This document shows, in pieces, positions 29,420 to 39,353 of a stretch of DNA of 64,000 bases. Location: the NCBI GenBank assembly GCA_963724765.1, contig CAVRVY010000002.1:320001-384000 (forward strand), given 5' to 3'. The translations under genes and the position numbers were made by a program. Source of the DNA: an uncultured delta proteobacterium. GTDB taxonomy: Bacteria > Desulfobacterota > Binatia > Binatales > Binataceae. Within the stretch, counting starts at the first letter, position 1, and every line of letters starts with the position of its first letter. A model generated the notes under the pieces. That model did not search any database. It saw only the letters and a list, made by a program, of their open reading frames with translations, and was not told the DNA's origin.

Positions 29420-29662
29420 TTAGCTGTGAAACTTGAACCAGCTTGGCTGCAACAAAAACTTCTGCCACTCCTGCGGCTTCGGCGCTCGATGCGCAGCAAC
29501 AGCCTCTTCGAGAGCCTTGCGCCCAGGCTCGCCGTCCGCGATGCGAGCGATTCCCGCCGCGATAAGGCGCACAGCCTGATCGAGCGGCCACGCCGCCGTC
29601 TCGCCGACCTGATATGGGCTTGCGGTTTTTATGTACGTGACATTGAAGAGCTGAGCCGTCAT
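29420..29662 (-). CDS. Small hypothetical phage-type protein
   Basis: MTAQLFNVTYIK..YQVGETAAW...RLIAAGIA; ATGA overlap with upstream frame stop. Confidence 0.55.
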   Translation of the reverse strand: MTAQLFNVTYIKTASPYQVGETAAWPLDQAVRLIAAGIARIADGEPGRKALEEAVAAHRAPKPQEWQKFLLQPSWFKFHS

Positions 29663-30121
29663 TTGCCGGCCCTCCACGGCGTCATCGCTTCGGTTATTTC
29701 GTCGCCGACAAGAACGCGTCGATGCATCAACTGGAAGGCCAACAGTTCTATCTCGGACCAGTACGTCGTTAGCAACTTTTCGGTCTCCGCAAGGAGCGCC
29801 TGATAATCCAACCCGCTCCCCCGTAAAAGCTTCGTCACCTCGTTGAGGGTCGTGCTCGGATTGGTAGTTGATGTAGCTGCCCGTTCGCCTCTCACTGAGC
29901 GGCCAGCCCAACGTGCAGATTATCCTGACCTCCCGGGACAGCGATCGGAAATCCCTAAACGTGCAGATTCCATCGGGCGCAGTGCCGTCTTCCTGAATGC
30001 CGGGCCAAATTTCGACCCGCGAAACACCATTGCCGACCTTAACCCCCAACACCGCGTGCGATGCTTCGTGAGTGGCAACCCTCTCGCGCTGTCGCCTGAT
30101 GCTGTAACTATCGAAGTTCAT
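29659..30121 (-). pseudogene. Peptidase M41-like HExxH protein, frameshifted
   Basis: VATHEASHAV in N-part; C-part YWSEIELLAFQLMHRRVLVGDEI in a different frame. Confidence 0.6.
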
Positions 30122-30364
30122 CTGCGCGGCCGGCGGGCTTTGCCGCCCAGGATGCTGTCAAACGGCTGAAGGTCACATCGGGCTCGCGATGCTCGGCCTC
30201 GCCGATGTCGAGACTTCGCCATCCCTCCGGGCTGCGACGGATGATCTCGCGGCTCTGTGGCCGGGCTGCATGGGCTGCGCGTGTTCTGAGCCGCAAACGA
30301 GCCGCGCCATATCGCATCCGCCGCAACAACTACTAACACGGCGCAAAATAATTATCGCGATCAC
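30118..30364 (-). pseudogene. Small membrane-anchored protein, probable frameshift
   Basis: MIAIIIL joins LLVVVAADAIW in another frame; start and stop overlap the neighbouring genes. Confidence 0.35.
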
Positions 30365-31005
30365 AACTTATCTCCTTGAAATGAGGCTCCGCAGATTCGA
30401 CACGGATTGCCGCAGAAGTGATCCCCGGCAGCCTTGCGCAATTCCTCGCGCTCGCGCCGGGTGAGCGGCTCATGCGCAGCGACATGCTCGACGGACGCCG
30501 CCTCGATCTCCGCCTTGCGCTGGTGCATCCGCTTGGTCAAGGTCGATCGGTACGACGCGCCGTTGGAGCGGCGCGGCTTTCCCTTACTCGGCCCGCGGGT
30601 GCTTGGGCCGAAGGTGCGAAGCGCTGACTGCTCCAGCTGGGTGACAGTAAATTTCCGCTCAAGGCGCGGGAGCTGGGCCGGCACGGTGCGGCGGATCACG
30701 TCAAGCGCCTCCGTGCGCTGGAGTGTGTAAAGAACCGTCGTCAGTCTGAGCAGGACTTTCCGCCTCTTAGTAGGGCTCGCCCATTCCAAATCCAGGCAGC
30801 GCCGAAGCTCTGGAGCTGTGAGGCGGCCGATTACCTCCTCCAGCGTGCGGGCGTTGACGCAGGCATACGTTTCGACGTAGGTGTACCGGCCGCGCTTTGT
30901 CTTCACCACGCGCCGGCCGGAGTCATGGGCTAAGATCGGGGGACCGTCCTTGGCCCGTCGGCGGTTACGGCCTGATCGGCCGGCTGTTGTGGCTTGATCC
31001 GCCAT
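30361..31005 (-). CDS. Basic hypothetical protein with C-terminal Cys cluster
   Basis: 214 aa ORF tightly packed in operon; HFCGNPCRIC. Confidence 0.6.
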   Translation of the reverse strand: MADQATTAGRSGRNRRRAKDGPPILAHDSGRRVVKTKRGRYTYVETYACVNARTLEEVIGRLTAPELRRCLDLEWASPTKRRKVLLRLTTVLYTLQRTEALDVIRRTVPAQLPRLERKFTVTQLEQSALRTFGPSTRGPSKGKPRRSNGASYRSTLTKRMHQRKAEIEAASVEHVAAHEPLTRREREELRKAAGDHFCGNPCRICGASFQGDKL

Positions 31006-31482
31006 CTAGCTCTGTAAGTACCTGCGCTTGAGATTGTCGGGAACTTCGCCGATGCCCTTGTCGCGGTCATAGACCGTAAGCAGGTCGGCGGCGCGGCCTG
31101 AGCACGCATCACAAATCAGCCTTGTCGCGTTGGCCTCGACCCTGACGGGGCCGCGGCAGAAGGCGCAGAACGACTGCCGCCGCGTCCCCCAGCCGCGCTT
31201 ATAGGCTTCCCCTCGAATGATCGCGCGCACGGCTGAATGAGAAGCGCCGAACACCCTGCCAATACTTGAGTAGGACTCACCGGCGGCGCTGCGGCGCTTG
31301 ATCTCGGGGATATGCGCAGCCAATTTACCCTTAAAGGCCGGCGCGGGCGCGTGGGCTGCTGCTGATCCTGGAGTATCAGCTCTCACCCGCGCCGCGCGCC
31401 GGGGTGTCGCGCCGCCCGCGGGCTGATTCGCGTGCTTGCGCGATGCTTTATGCCGCGTCATTCGATGGCCATCCCACATCAA
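31006..31482 (-). CDS. HTH plus C4 zinc-finger protein
   Basis: GESYSSIGRVFGASHSAVRAIIRG (HTH-like); CAFC...ICDAC. Confidence 0.6.
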   Translation of the reverse strand: MMWDGHRMTRHKASRKHANQPAGGATPRRAARVRADTPGSAAAHAPAPAFKGKLAAHIPEIKRRSAAGESYSSIGRVFGASHSAVRAIIRGEAYKRGWGTRRQSFCAFCRGPVRVEANATRLICDACSGRAADLLTVYDRDKGIGEVPDNLKRRYLQS

Positions 31483-31536
31483 CCCTTGCGGATCCTTGCG
31501 TAGGATCCACGAGCGCCAGGCGTTTGCGTGCCGCGA

Positions 31537-32250
31537 CTACGAGCGCCTCACCCTCCGGCGTTGGCGTGCGCCAGACGGCGAAACCTGCGCGATCAACTCG
31601 GCGCACTTATCAGGATCCCAGCCGGCCGCGTCACCCTTGACGTAACCGCCGCCGCCGACGCTGCCGGCGCTATAGTCGCGGATAAACTCGACTATGGTGC
31701 ACGGATGCGGCTCCCGCCGCGCCGGCGGGTTGCACACTAGCTCCTTGCGATGCTGCCAGCTCTGAATCAGCTCCTCGGTTAAAAAAGGCAGCGTGAACTC
31801 GGACGCTACACGGACGCCCGCGGCGGCCGCCTTGGCGACCTCCTGATTGGCGGTATGCACTGCGTGCAGCGCCTTGTCCAGGCGCTCTAACGGTCCGTGC
31901 AGGAACTCCTCGAAATCAAACTCGGCCGCCGCCTTGTCCTTCGCGATCCGAAGCGCCTCTAACTCTGCCTCGGCCGCGCTCACCGACTGCTGATGCCTGG
32001 TGACGGCGCTCTGAAGCCGTGCAACTTCGATGCGCTCGGCGCTCGTATCTCGCACCTCGCCGGTCTCAGAATTGATCGGCTCGGCCTCGGCCGCGTAGAG
32101 CTTCGCCTGCGCAACCGCGAGGGAGGCTACAGCGTTGTTTAACCATACGCGCTTTCGCCCCGTTTGCTGGGCGCAAACATGCCACGTCTGGTGCCCGGCA
32201 TCTTTGGCTTCGCGCTTTATGTTGATCGCCGACTTGGTGAAAAATGCCAT
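31537..32250 (-). CDS. Coiled-coil hypothetical protein, probable 3' frameshift
   Basis: GGAGA RBS; C-terminal VEFIRDY..YVKGDAAGW...ELIAQ; a frameshift restores LIAQGFA. Confidence 0.6.
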   Translation of the reverse strand: MAFFTKSAINIKREAKDAGHQTWHVCAQQTGRKRVWLNNAVASLAVAQAKLYAAEAEPINSETGEVRDTSAERIEVARLQSAVTRHQQSVSAAEAELEALRIAKDKAAAEFDFEEFLHGPLERLDKALHAVHTANQEVAKAAAAGVRVASEFTLPFLTEELIQSWQHRKELVCNPPARREPHPCTIVEFIRDYSAGSVGGGGYVKGDAAGWDPDKCAELIAQVSPSGARQRRRVRRS

Positions 32251-32271
32251 GTCTCCGTCTTCTCCGTGTTC

Positions 32272-32526
32272 CTAAGCCACTGAGTGGCCGTGTTTTATGA
32301 AATGGTCCTGTTTGCTCCGGCGAGGCTTTGTCCGCCGCCGCGGGGTTGCTAACTCGCTACGTAACTGCTTTACGTGCTCTGCCACTTCCTTCCTCAGTGA
32401 CCCAGTGACCAAGGAAAGCAGACCCGAGTTGGTCTCCCTCTCGAGCTGCGTTCGGCACAGCGGCGCGGCTTCGAGGAGACGCGCTTTCATCTCCAGTAAC
32501 CGCTTTGCCTTGTCACTTAACATCAC
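32272..32526 (-). CDS. Small hypothetical protein
   Basis: 84 aa helical ORF, GTGA overlap with upstream ORF. Confidence 0.5.
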   Translation of the reverse strand: MMLSDKAKRLLEMKARLLEAAPLCRTQLERETNSGLLSLVTGSLRKEVAEHVKQLRSELATPRRRTKPRRSKQDHFIKHGHSVA

Positions 32527-32759
32527 TGCAAAACCTCGTCGTTCTCCAGCTCCGAGATCAAAACTCGCATCTCCTCAAGCTCGGCACCCAGCGCGGCGAT
32601 CGCGCCATGAATTTTTACCAGCCGCTCGAACTCGGCCTTGACCGCCGCTATGCGCCGCCTACGATCACAATTTCTGTCGCGCTCGATCCTCTTCCATACT
32701 TCTTCCAGGCTACCCATCGTTGGAAACGCTCTGATTGCTATTACAAATGAGACGGTCAA
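32523..32759 (-). CDS. Small coiled-coil hypothetical protein
   Basis: Helical ORF translationally coupled to the next gene; start uncertain. Confidence 0.5.
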   Translation of the reverse strand: MTVSFVIAIRAFPTMGSLEEVWKRIERDRNCDRRRRIAAVKAEFERLVKIHGAIAALGAELEEMRVLISELENDEVLQ

Positions 32760-32760
32760 T

Positions 32761-33720
32761 GATCAGCTTAATCTCAGTGGCAGAGTCTGTTTAAGCTGCA
32801 GTCAGCGGTCTAAGATAGGTAGCTGCGGCTCTGACTATGTTCTCAGCGTCACGCAGTAGGGTTAGGCGCGTCACTTTACAGAACAGCTTTGGGGTTCGTA
32901 GCTGCGCTCCGCCCCGGATAGGTTGGTACTGATCTGACGACTGCGGCTGATGATTAAGATGGTGAGAAGCATCAGAGGGCAAGCACAGTGCTTGACAGAT
33001 TGAGCACGGGGCAGCGCTAGGCTCGCTACAGTGATAGCAGGGCTGACTAGTCTGGTAAGAGAGAGACGGTAGCAAGCTATAGGGGCTGACTATATTGGCG
33101 GGCGCGGGGTTGATTTACGTAATAATATGGCAGTCAGAGCTTTGAGTGCTGCTATATGAGCATAGAAGAGAGTGCGCTTTTAGCGGAAGAGGTAGCAAAA
33201 TTGCTCAACGCATAGAGCTGGTATTGAGTAAGATCTATATATCGTACTTGCGTCTGAAACTCACGCAGGGCGGTATGCTCGTACTTAGACCAGTACTCAT
33301 GCTCGGCCTCGACAAAACTTGTCACGCTGTCGGCATCGCCGCTTACACGATCATCTGAGTGTGTGCTCTCAAATTGGTTCTCTTTCGGTTAGAAAACGTA
33401 TGAGCTTATTTTAACGCGGCGCGATAGGCACGCTAGAGTTTGTATAGCTCGTAGAGTGTGCTGCAGATACTCTACACTGAGACGCGGATGTTATAGCGCA
33501 CACTCTTTGTACAGTGATGGACGAGAGTAAACTGACTATACTCGCTCTTACATAGGATCCAGGCGGTCAGCACATAGTGCAAATTGCCGGACTGAGAATA
33601 GCTAGTGAGGCGTCGGTGTACTTAAGAAGCAGACAGACTGTCTCATTGACAGCATCGGTGAGAGGTTTTAGGGCTGGTTTTTTCATTGACTAGGTCACTC
33701 AGTTACCAGATTGCTCCGCA
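32761..33720. other. Compositionally aberrant tract with CTGACT repeats; candidate replication origin downstream of primase-helicase
   Basis: CTGACT at 32831, 33043, 33086, 33532; AGTCAG at 32800, 33132; hand count about 11 CC versus about 61 GG on + strand. Confidence 0.5.
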
Positions 33721-33778
33721 TCGACTAATACTTAACAGGCTCAATGTCTCCAAAGAATGCGATTCGCTGTTCGCGACA

Positions 33779-35807
33779 CTAGACCAACGCCACGCGAAGC
33801 GCGTCATCACTAAGATCGTAGTTGCTGCCTTTGAGCTGCCAGATTTTATCCTTCATTTCGCGCTTGGCGGGATTGATTAGGAATCGCTGGCGGATGTTTA
33901 CGGCCCCAGCTTCTTCAAGGGCATTAGTCAGTTGAACGTACTTGCTCTCACTAATAGAGATCTCTCGTTCGGCCGCGGCATATATCTCACGATAGGTAGA
34001 GAAAGTGGGACGCTCATCGTCGCTCATCAACTCTCTTGCGAACAGTTCAAGGCCGCTGCCGCTCGCTTACTGCACGGCTCGCTTCGCGGCTGAGAGTGGC
34101 GCGTTCGAGGTGGCAGACCAGCTGGCAAAGTACACTTAGTGTTCAAGGTAATGCCGGACGTGACTAATGCCGCCACACATCGCTCAGTTATGAATCAGAA
34201 CCCCCAGCTCCCCAGCTATCGGGTTCAGAACGTCGATAACTAGGTACAGGCGGTGATTCAGGGCTATGAACAGAGGCAGACGATCGTTAGAAACGAGAAG
34301 GAAGTTTGCGACGTTGCGCACGGAATGCGCCGGGATAAACTTTTCATTTACGAGAACCTCATCGCCGGTTATACACTCTTTCATCTCTTCTGAGTAGTGC
34401 CAGATGTTACTATTGCCCTTAACCTCTTCGCCAACAATAAACTGCTTATAGGCCATCCAACAGTTGAACGTTGAGCCTAACTCCCGATTACCAATCTTGG
34501 ACACATTAGGCTTGCCGTAAATCGCTCTCATAATCTTGCCAAGCAGGGACTTGCTCGCGCAGGGTGCGCTCTTGATTAAGAGACCACGGTGGATATTGGT
34601 CTCGGGCATCGCTATTGGCGCGGCGAGATACTGCAAGACTGCGCGCCGCAACTCTTCATCATCTGGCACAAGTTGCTTGAGCAGACAGTGGAACGGCGTC
34701 ACATCACCGGGAATGGATGCACAACCGCAGTACTGCCACGCATTGTATTTGCCATCAGGCAGCAACTTAGGTTGACCGGGCAGGTAGTCAATTACGGTGA
34801 AGGTTCTCAGGCCGCCCCACTCGGCACACTCGTCAATGAGATAACAGTACTTGAACTTCTCGGAGCGTTGGCGCACCGGAGCTTTGTTAGGTTTCTCCCA
34901 AACGTCTTTGAGGTCTGAAATTTTGTAAAGTGTGAAGGTGCTATCCGCCTCTTTCATAATGCATGGTGGCGTCTCGATCACGGCGTGACGTTCGTTGTAC
35001 GGCTTGAGCTGTTCCGCTAGGCCATAAGGAATGCGCAACAGAGCCTGATAGGCTTGAAGTCAGAACGCGGTAACGAAGTCGCTCGGTCCCTTAGCTTTGC
35101 CTGGAGGAGGCTTACAGAAGTAGACATTAGCGCCTCGATTGCTGAGCGCCTTAGCGAAGGACTCAAGTGCGGCGAGGGAGGAAGGGTTACCGAAGATGTC
35201 GTTATCGAGGTTGACCTCGATGTCGCGGCCCCGGACCTCAAACTGATTAAACTCCTTGATGAGATACTGCGCGTGCTTCCGATCTCAGTGGTTCCATACG
35301 CGCGCGATCGCGAACGCGAACACACCTCGATCATAAGCCTGACGCACTCGACCTCGCTCTCGACGCCTGTCAGCAGCTTCTTTTTGTCGGCCTGCCACTC
35401 AACACAGCTGTGATCACCGCCCAGCGATGCAAGCACCGGAACGGGCTGGTAGAGCAGCGAACAGGAATACGCAGGTTGCCAGTAGCGGAAGTACGGACGG
35501 CAGTCCGCGGGCTCATCCTTCTTGCGGACCTGGAGAAACCTGACACGAGCGAAGTCGGCAACCTTAGACTAGTCGGGGTTTCAATAGTGGATCAGGAAGG
35601 ACCACACCTTGTAGCTGGTAAGCGCTGCGGTCTGCGAGGGTGTCAGCAGATCGCTGATGATGTCGGCGACAGCGAGCGGGATGCCATGCTCCTCAAAATA
35701 GGACTTGTACAGCTCTCGGCTCTCGTCCATGTCGATGCGGAAGCCGCTGCCTTCGGCCGCGCCAGGCTCTTGCGCAGCGCTGCGTTTAGATTCTCTGAAT
35801 TGAGCAC
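33779..35807 (-). pseudogene. Primase-helicase (DUF3854/Toprim-like plus DUF5906/SF3-like), disrupted
   Basis: YWQP, VESE, VWN, LDND, KGPSDF in the N-part with TGA/TAG stops and frameshifts; degenerate Walker A SAPCASKS, FNCW..KQFIVGEE, VNEKF, NFLLVSN. Confidence 0.8.
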
Positions 35808-35811
35808 GGCG

Positions 35812-36057
35812 TCACTTTCCGGCAGAGGCCAACTGGGCCGCGAGCCAGTCCTCGATCTCAGAGCGGATCCAAAAATTGTTTCGCTCGATCACCGCTTTGG
35901 CTGGCTTCGGGAAAGGAAGTTCCGGCGAGATCTCGCCGCGGACCAGTCTCCTAAGCGTGGATTTGCTGATGTCGAGCGCTGCTTGGACGGCCTCGGAGCT
36001 CATCACCATACGGCCTGCTAAATCTTTGTCCGCCTCGGCCTTCACTCTGATACCCAT
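35812..36057 (-). CDS. AlpA-family regulator/excisionase
   Basis: ISKSTLRRLV..FPKP...WIRSEIEDWL; GGAGG RBS. Confidence 0.82.
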   Translation of the reverse strand: MGIRVKAEADKDLAGRMVMSSEAVQAALDISKSTLRRLVRGEISPELPFPKPAKAVIERNNFWIRSEIEDWLAAQLASAGK

Positions 36058-36289
36058 TTCTTCCCTCCAAATTTTTCTGAGGTGTCATCAACTATTGATA
36101 CCCAGTTTACTACACCTTCAAAAATCTCTAAGGCGGTTTTCGGAAGCGCAATTTCGCCTACGCGCAGAGGGGATTTGCAGCATGGCCGAAGGATTTCGCT
36201 ACTTTTTGTAGCGTTAAGCACGGGTGACTAAGCTCGCTAAGCACGAGCAGAACCGGATGCCGGATGGCGTCGAGCTGGGGTGCTACGCG

Positions 36290-36327
36290 GCTGGGTCTCT
36301 TAGAGCTGGGTCTCTTCGAGCTGGGTC
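36290..36327. repeat. 15-bp-period tandem repeat (core GCTGGGTCTCTT)
   Basis: Two full cores plus a partial third copy. Confidence 0.75.
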
Positions 36328-36360
36328 GGGCCACCTCTTCGGCCGGTTTGGGCCACCGCT

Positions 36361-36651
36361 TGGGACGGGGTGGTGTCCCACGAATTCTTATTTAGATTCA
36401 AGAGGTTAAGCGCTTTGGGACACGGGACACTCAAACAGCGTCAAATACTGCTCGGCTGCGGCGGTGGTGGCTGCGGGCATAAGACATACATACATCTCTC
36501 TCTCTCTCTAAATATTAAGTATTACCCTGTCCCGGCTGTCCCAAACCCTAAAACCTTAACGACTTAAAGGTAAATTCGTGGGACACCACCGCTGTCCCAT
36601 GGCTGTCCCAAGGGTGTCCCACGGCTGTCCCATGGCTGGCGTTGGTGGGAC
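36361..36651. repeat. Iteron-like array: 12 GTCCC/GGGAC copies around an AT-rich core, with an 18-bp perfect inverted repeat
   Basis: IR 36369-36386/36573-36590; four TGTCCCA copies at 11-bp period (36593, 36604, 36615, 36626); (CT)n and TAAATATTAAGTATTA in the centre. Confidence 0.85.
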
Positions 36652-37030
36652 GCACCCAATAAGAGGTGGGCGGCTTCGAGCTGGAAGTGCATCAGCTTAG
36701 GCCTGCACCACCGCCCGCTGCCGCGTCCTGGGCCCGCTCGGGAGATGGTCTCCCGGTAGTGTTTCACAACGACGCCCGTTAGAAGGGCTCGCAGGGCATC
36801 TTTCTAGTGCGATGTGTTTAAACAGAGTATGCGTTTAAACAGACTGGTTCGCAAAATGCGAAAGCTGACGACTGAGTATTGTCTCGGCGGGCTGAGTCGC
36901 TGCGGTGCGAGTGGGTGCTCGGAGAGCGAATGAACTGAGATGCGAAGCGAGTGAGCGACCTCGCACTCGATGCCCGCCGCGCCGCGCACTATGGGTATTC
37001 AGGAGCCCGCTCGGCCGCCTCGCTCGATCC

Positions 37031-38318
37031 TTAGGCCACCTTCGCCTGCCGCCGCGCCGCCAGCTCGTCGCGCTCCGCCGCACGCTCGCACGCCCGCGGC
37101 TCGCCCGCGATCCAGGCCGCCCAGTCGTCTAGCGCTGCACGGCGCTCGTTTATGAAGTCGTAGCTGTTATAATGCTTGCCCCCGATGCTCTGATCGACAT
37201 GATTGAGGATATCTCGCGCACCGCGGCCGGGACGGACCACGAAGCGAGGTAACTGGTGGATACTGAGCGCAGGTCGTGCATCCTGAAATTGACCCGCACT
37301 TGTCGGCTACGAGCTTGCGATGCCAGTACACGGGGTTGTTTATCGGCTTCGCTCGCTCATCGCTGAATACTAACTCCCGCCCATCAGCTACAGCCTTACG
37401 AGCCGAAGCATCTCGACCGCACGTTCGGGCAATGGCACAACCCAGCTGACGCCGTTCTTGGTTCGCTCGCCGGTATGGCCCACAACCTCTCATCGAGGTC
37501 TATCTCAGACGAGCGCGCCTCGGAGACCTCGCTACGACGTGCGCAGCTCCACCACAATAGCTTCTGAAAATCCCGGAACCTCTCATCCTCAATCTCGCAG
37601 ACACTCCGCCACGCAGCGCGAACCTGCTCGGGCAGTAGCTGAAGCTTACGCGGCTTCTCATCAACAAGATTCTTCACGCGCTGCGCGGGGCTCACCGCGA
37701 TAATCTCGTTATCCAGGGCGTAGTTGAAGATCGTTTTGATAACGAAGCCACACGGTTTGAGGTCACGCCGTTCGCGGCCGCAGGAGGATCGCTACCTTCG
37801 GCCTTGCGCGCCGCGCCAGTTCCTCGGCTTCCTCGATGACGGAAACGCGCACGCTCTGGAGCAGTTCGCGGACCTCGGCGCGGGTGATCGAGCCTATCGC
37901 GCGATCCTCCACCTCGGCAATACAAAGTTTTTCAGACGGCGGTGTCATCTTTAAGCGACGCTTACGCCATCCTTCGATCTTCCAATGCGCTATTCTCGAA
38001 GGTCTTTGTCTCGCGACGCAAACGCTCCGCTTCTTCGCGTTCGGCCTTAGCGGCCTCGATAGGTAGACACCTCCGCGACCTTAGCCTTGTGTTCATTTGC
38101 TAATTCACGCGCCGAGCCAGCGTGATCGACGGATACGAGCCGAGCGTCAGGCGGCTCTTCTTGCCGTTCAATGAGTAAAGCAGCACCCAGGACTTCGCGC
38201 CTGAGCTTGTCACGCGCAGCGCGAGCCCCCGCACTTTTGCATCGCGATGCTCGTCGCGCTTACCCTCGGCAGCAGCAGGCGCGGCTTTGACGAATTGGTT
38301 AGTCAGTGTTTGTTTCAT
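37031..38318 (-). pseudogene. Tyrosine integrase (P4-like, N-terminal arm-binding domain), multiply frameshifted
   Basis: GLALRVTSSGAKSW...LTLGSYPSITL; ARRSEV; HDLR; ILNH...HYNSYDF..ERRAALDDW spread over several frames. Confidence 0.85.
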
Positions 38319-38787
38319 TGCCTCGTCTCCGGGTGGGATTGCTCGTTAGTGAGTATTGTGAACCGATGCCAACACCCGTCAACAAGAGGGGGCATCTTAA
38401 ATAATCAGCCAAAAAGCCACGTAGTCGCGGAGCTAATTCGTTCGCAGTCCGCCGGGGTATCCGTCGGGGTGTACTCGTTTGCGGGGTGCTTTGCAACAGG
38501 TATTGACTAAATAACTGAGTATTTACAAGCACTATTCGACGCCACGTTCTGACGCAAATGGGATGCTTCAACATCAACGGAGAGAAGCGAATTTGAGCTG
38601 TAACCCATTTGGTAATGTGCTTTGTAACTGAGCTGCTTTGAGGCGAGAATCATCTGCGGACGGACCATCGGAGAGGGTGACCCTGGGGGTAGGGGGGTGT
38701 CCGGTCCCCTAGCGATCGGTTCGGAAACGGCGGCAGACGTCGCGCTGGTACAAGCTCAATTTATCCGGTCGAGATATGTGAGTTAGA

Positions 38788-39003
38788 GTGAAAGGCATGC
38801 CCTATCGATACACAGAGCCGATCATCCGCATCTGCTCGGAATGCGGTGAGAGCTTCTCGACCGCGACGCCAGCTGCCTCAACCTGCTCGGCCGTCTGCGC
38901 TAGGGCTAGGAAGCTAGGCCTTCAGCGAGCGCGTCGGCGATCGCGCAGCGCGGACAGCTTCGTCGCAGTCCGGCCGCCCAGCGGTTCTATCCGGGGCGAC
39001 TGA
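38788..39003 (+). CDS. Small zinc-finger protein
   Basis: CSECGESF...TCSAVC; start may be ATG 38797. Confidence 0.5.
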   Translation: MKGMPYRYTEPIIRICSECGESFSTATPAASTCSAVCARARKLGLQRARRRSRSADSFVAVRPPSGSIRGD

Positions 39004-39048
39004 GCCAAGGGGCGACTGAGCCAAGGGGCGACTGAGCCAAGGGGTGAC
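38993..39048. repeat. 16-bp tandem repeat GGGGCGACTGAGCCAA x3 plus partial
   Basis: Three perfect contiguous copies without spacers. Confidence 0.95.
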
Positions 39049-39353
39049 CGGGCGGCCCGGGCGCATCGCGGCCGTGTCAGCTTCGCCCGCCTCGTCGCTT
39101 CGTCCCACCTGGGCTAGGAGATCCGGATCCTGAAATCGAGCAGTCCATTTTGGCTGCCCAAAAAAAAATTTTCTCTCAGGAGTCCGGTCGCGAGAGGTTG
39201 TACATCCTGGCTTCGTCCCTTCGTCGCCCCGTTTCTTCGTCGCCCAGTGGCTTCACGCTCCGCGCCGGCCTAGTCACCCGGATGCCCGGATACCCCAGAA
39301 GGGCACCCATCTACCAAAATCGCCTAAAAGACCGCGGAAAGCGATCTTGAAAG

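Noticed and set aside
32761-38318. Alternative genetic code (stop-codon reassignment) in the island
   Set aside because: Both TGA and TAG interrupt frames, alongside frameshifts and degenerate catalytic motifs; decay explains this better
38993-39048. CRISPR array
   Set aside because: 16-bp units are contiguous with no spacers, and no cas genes are present
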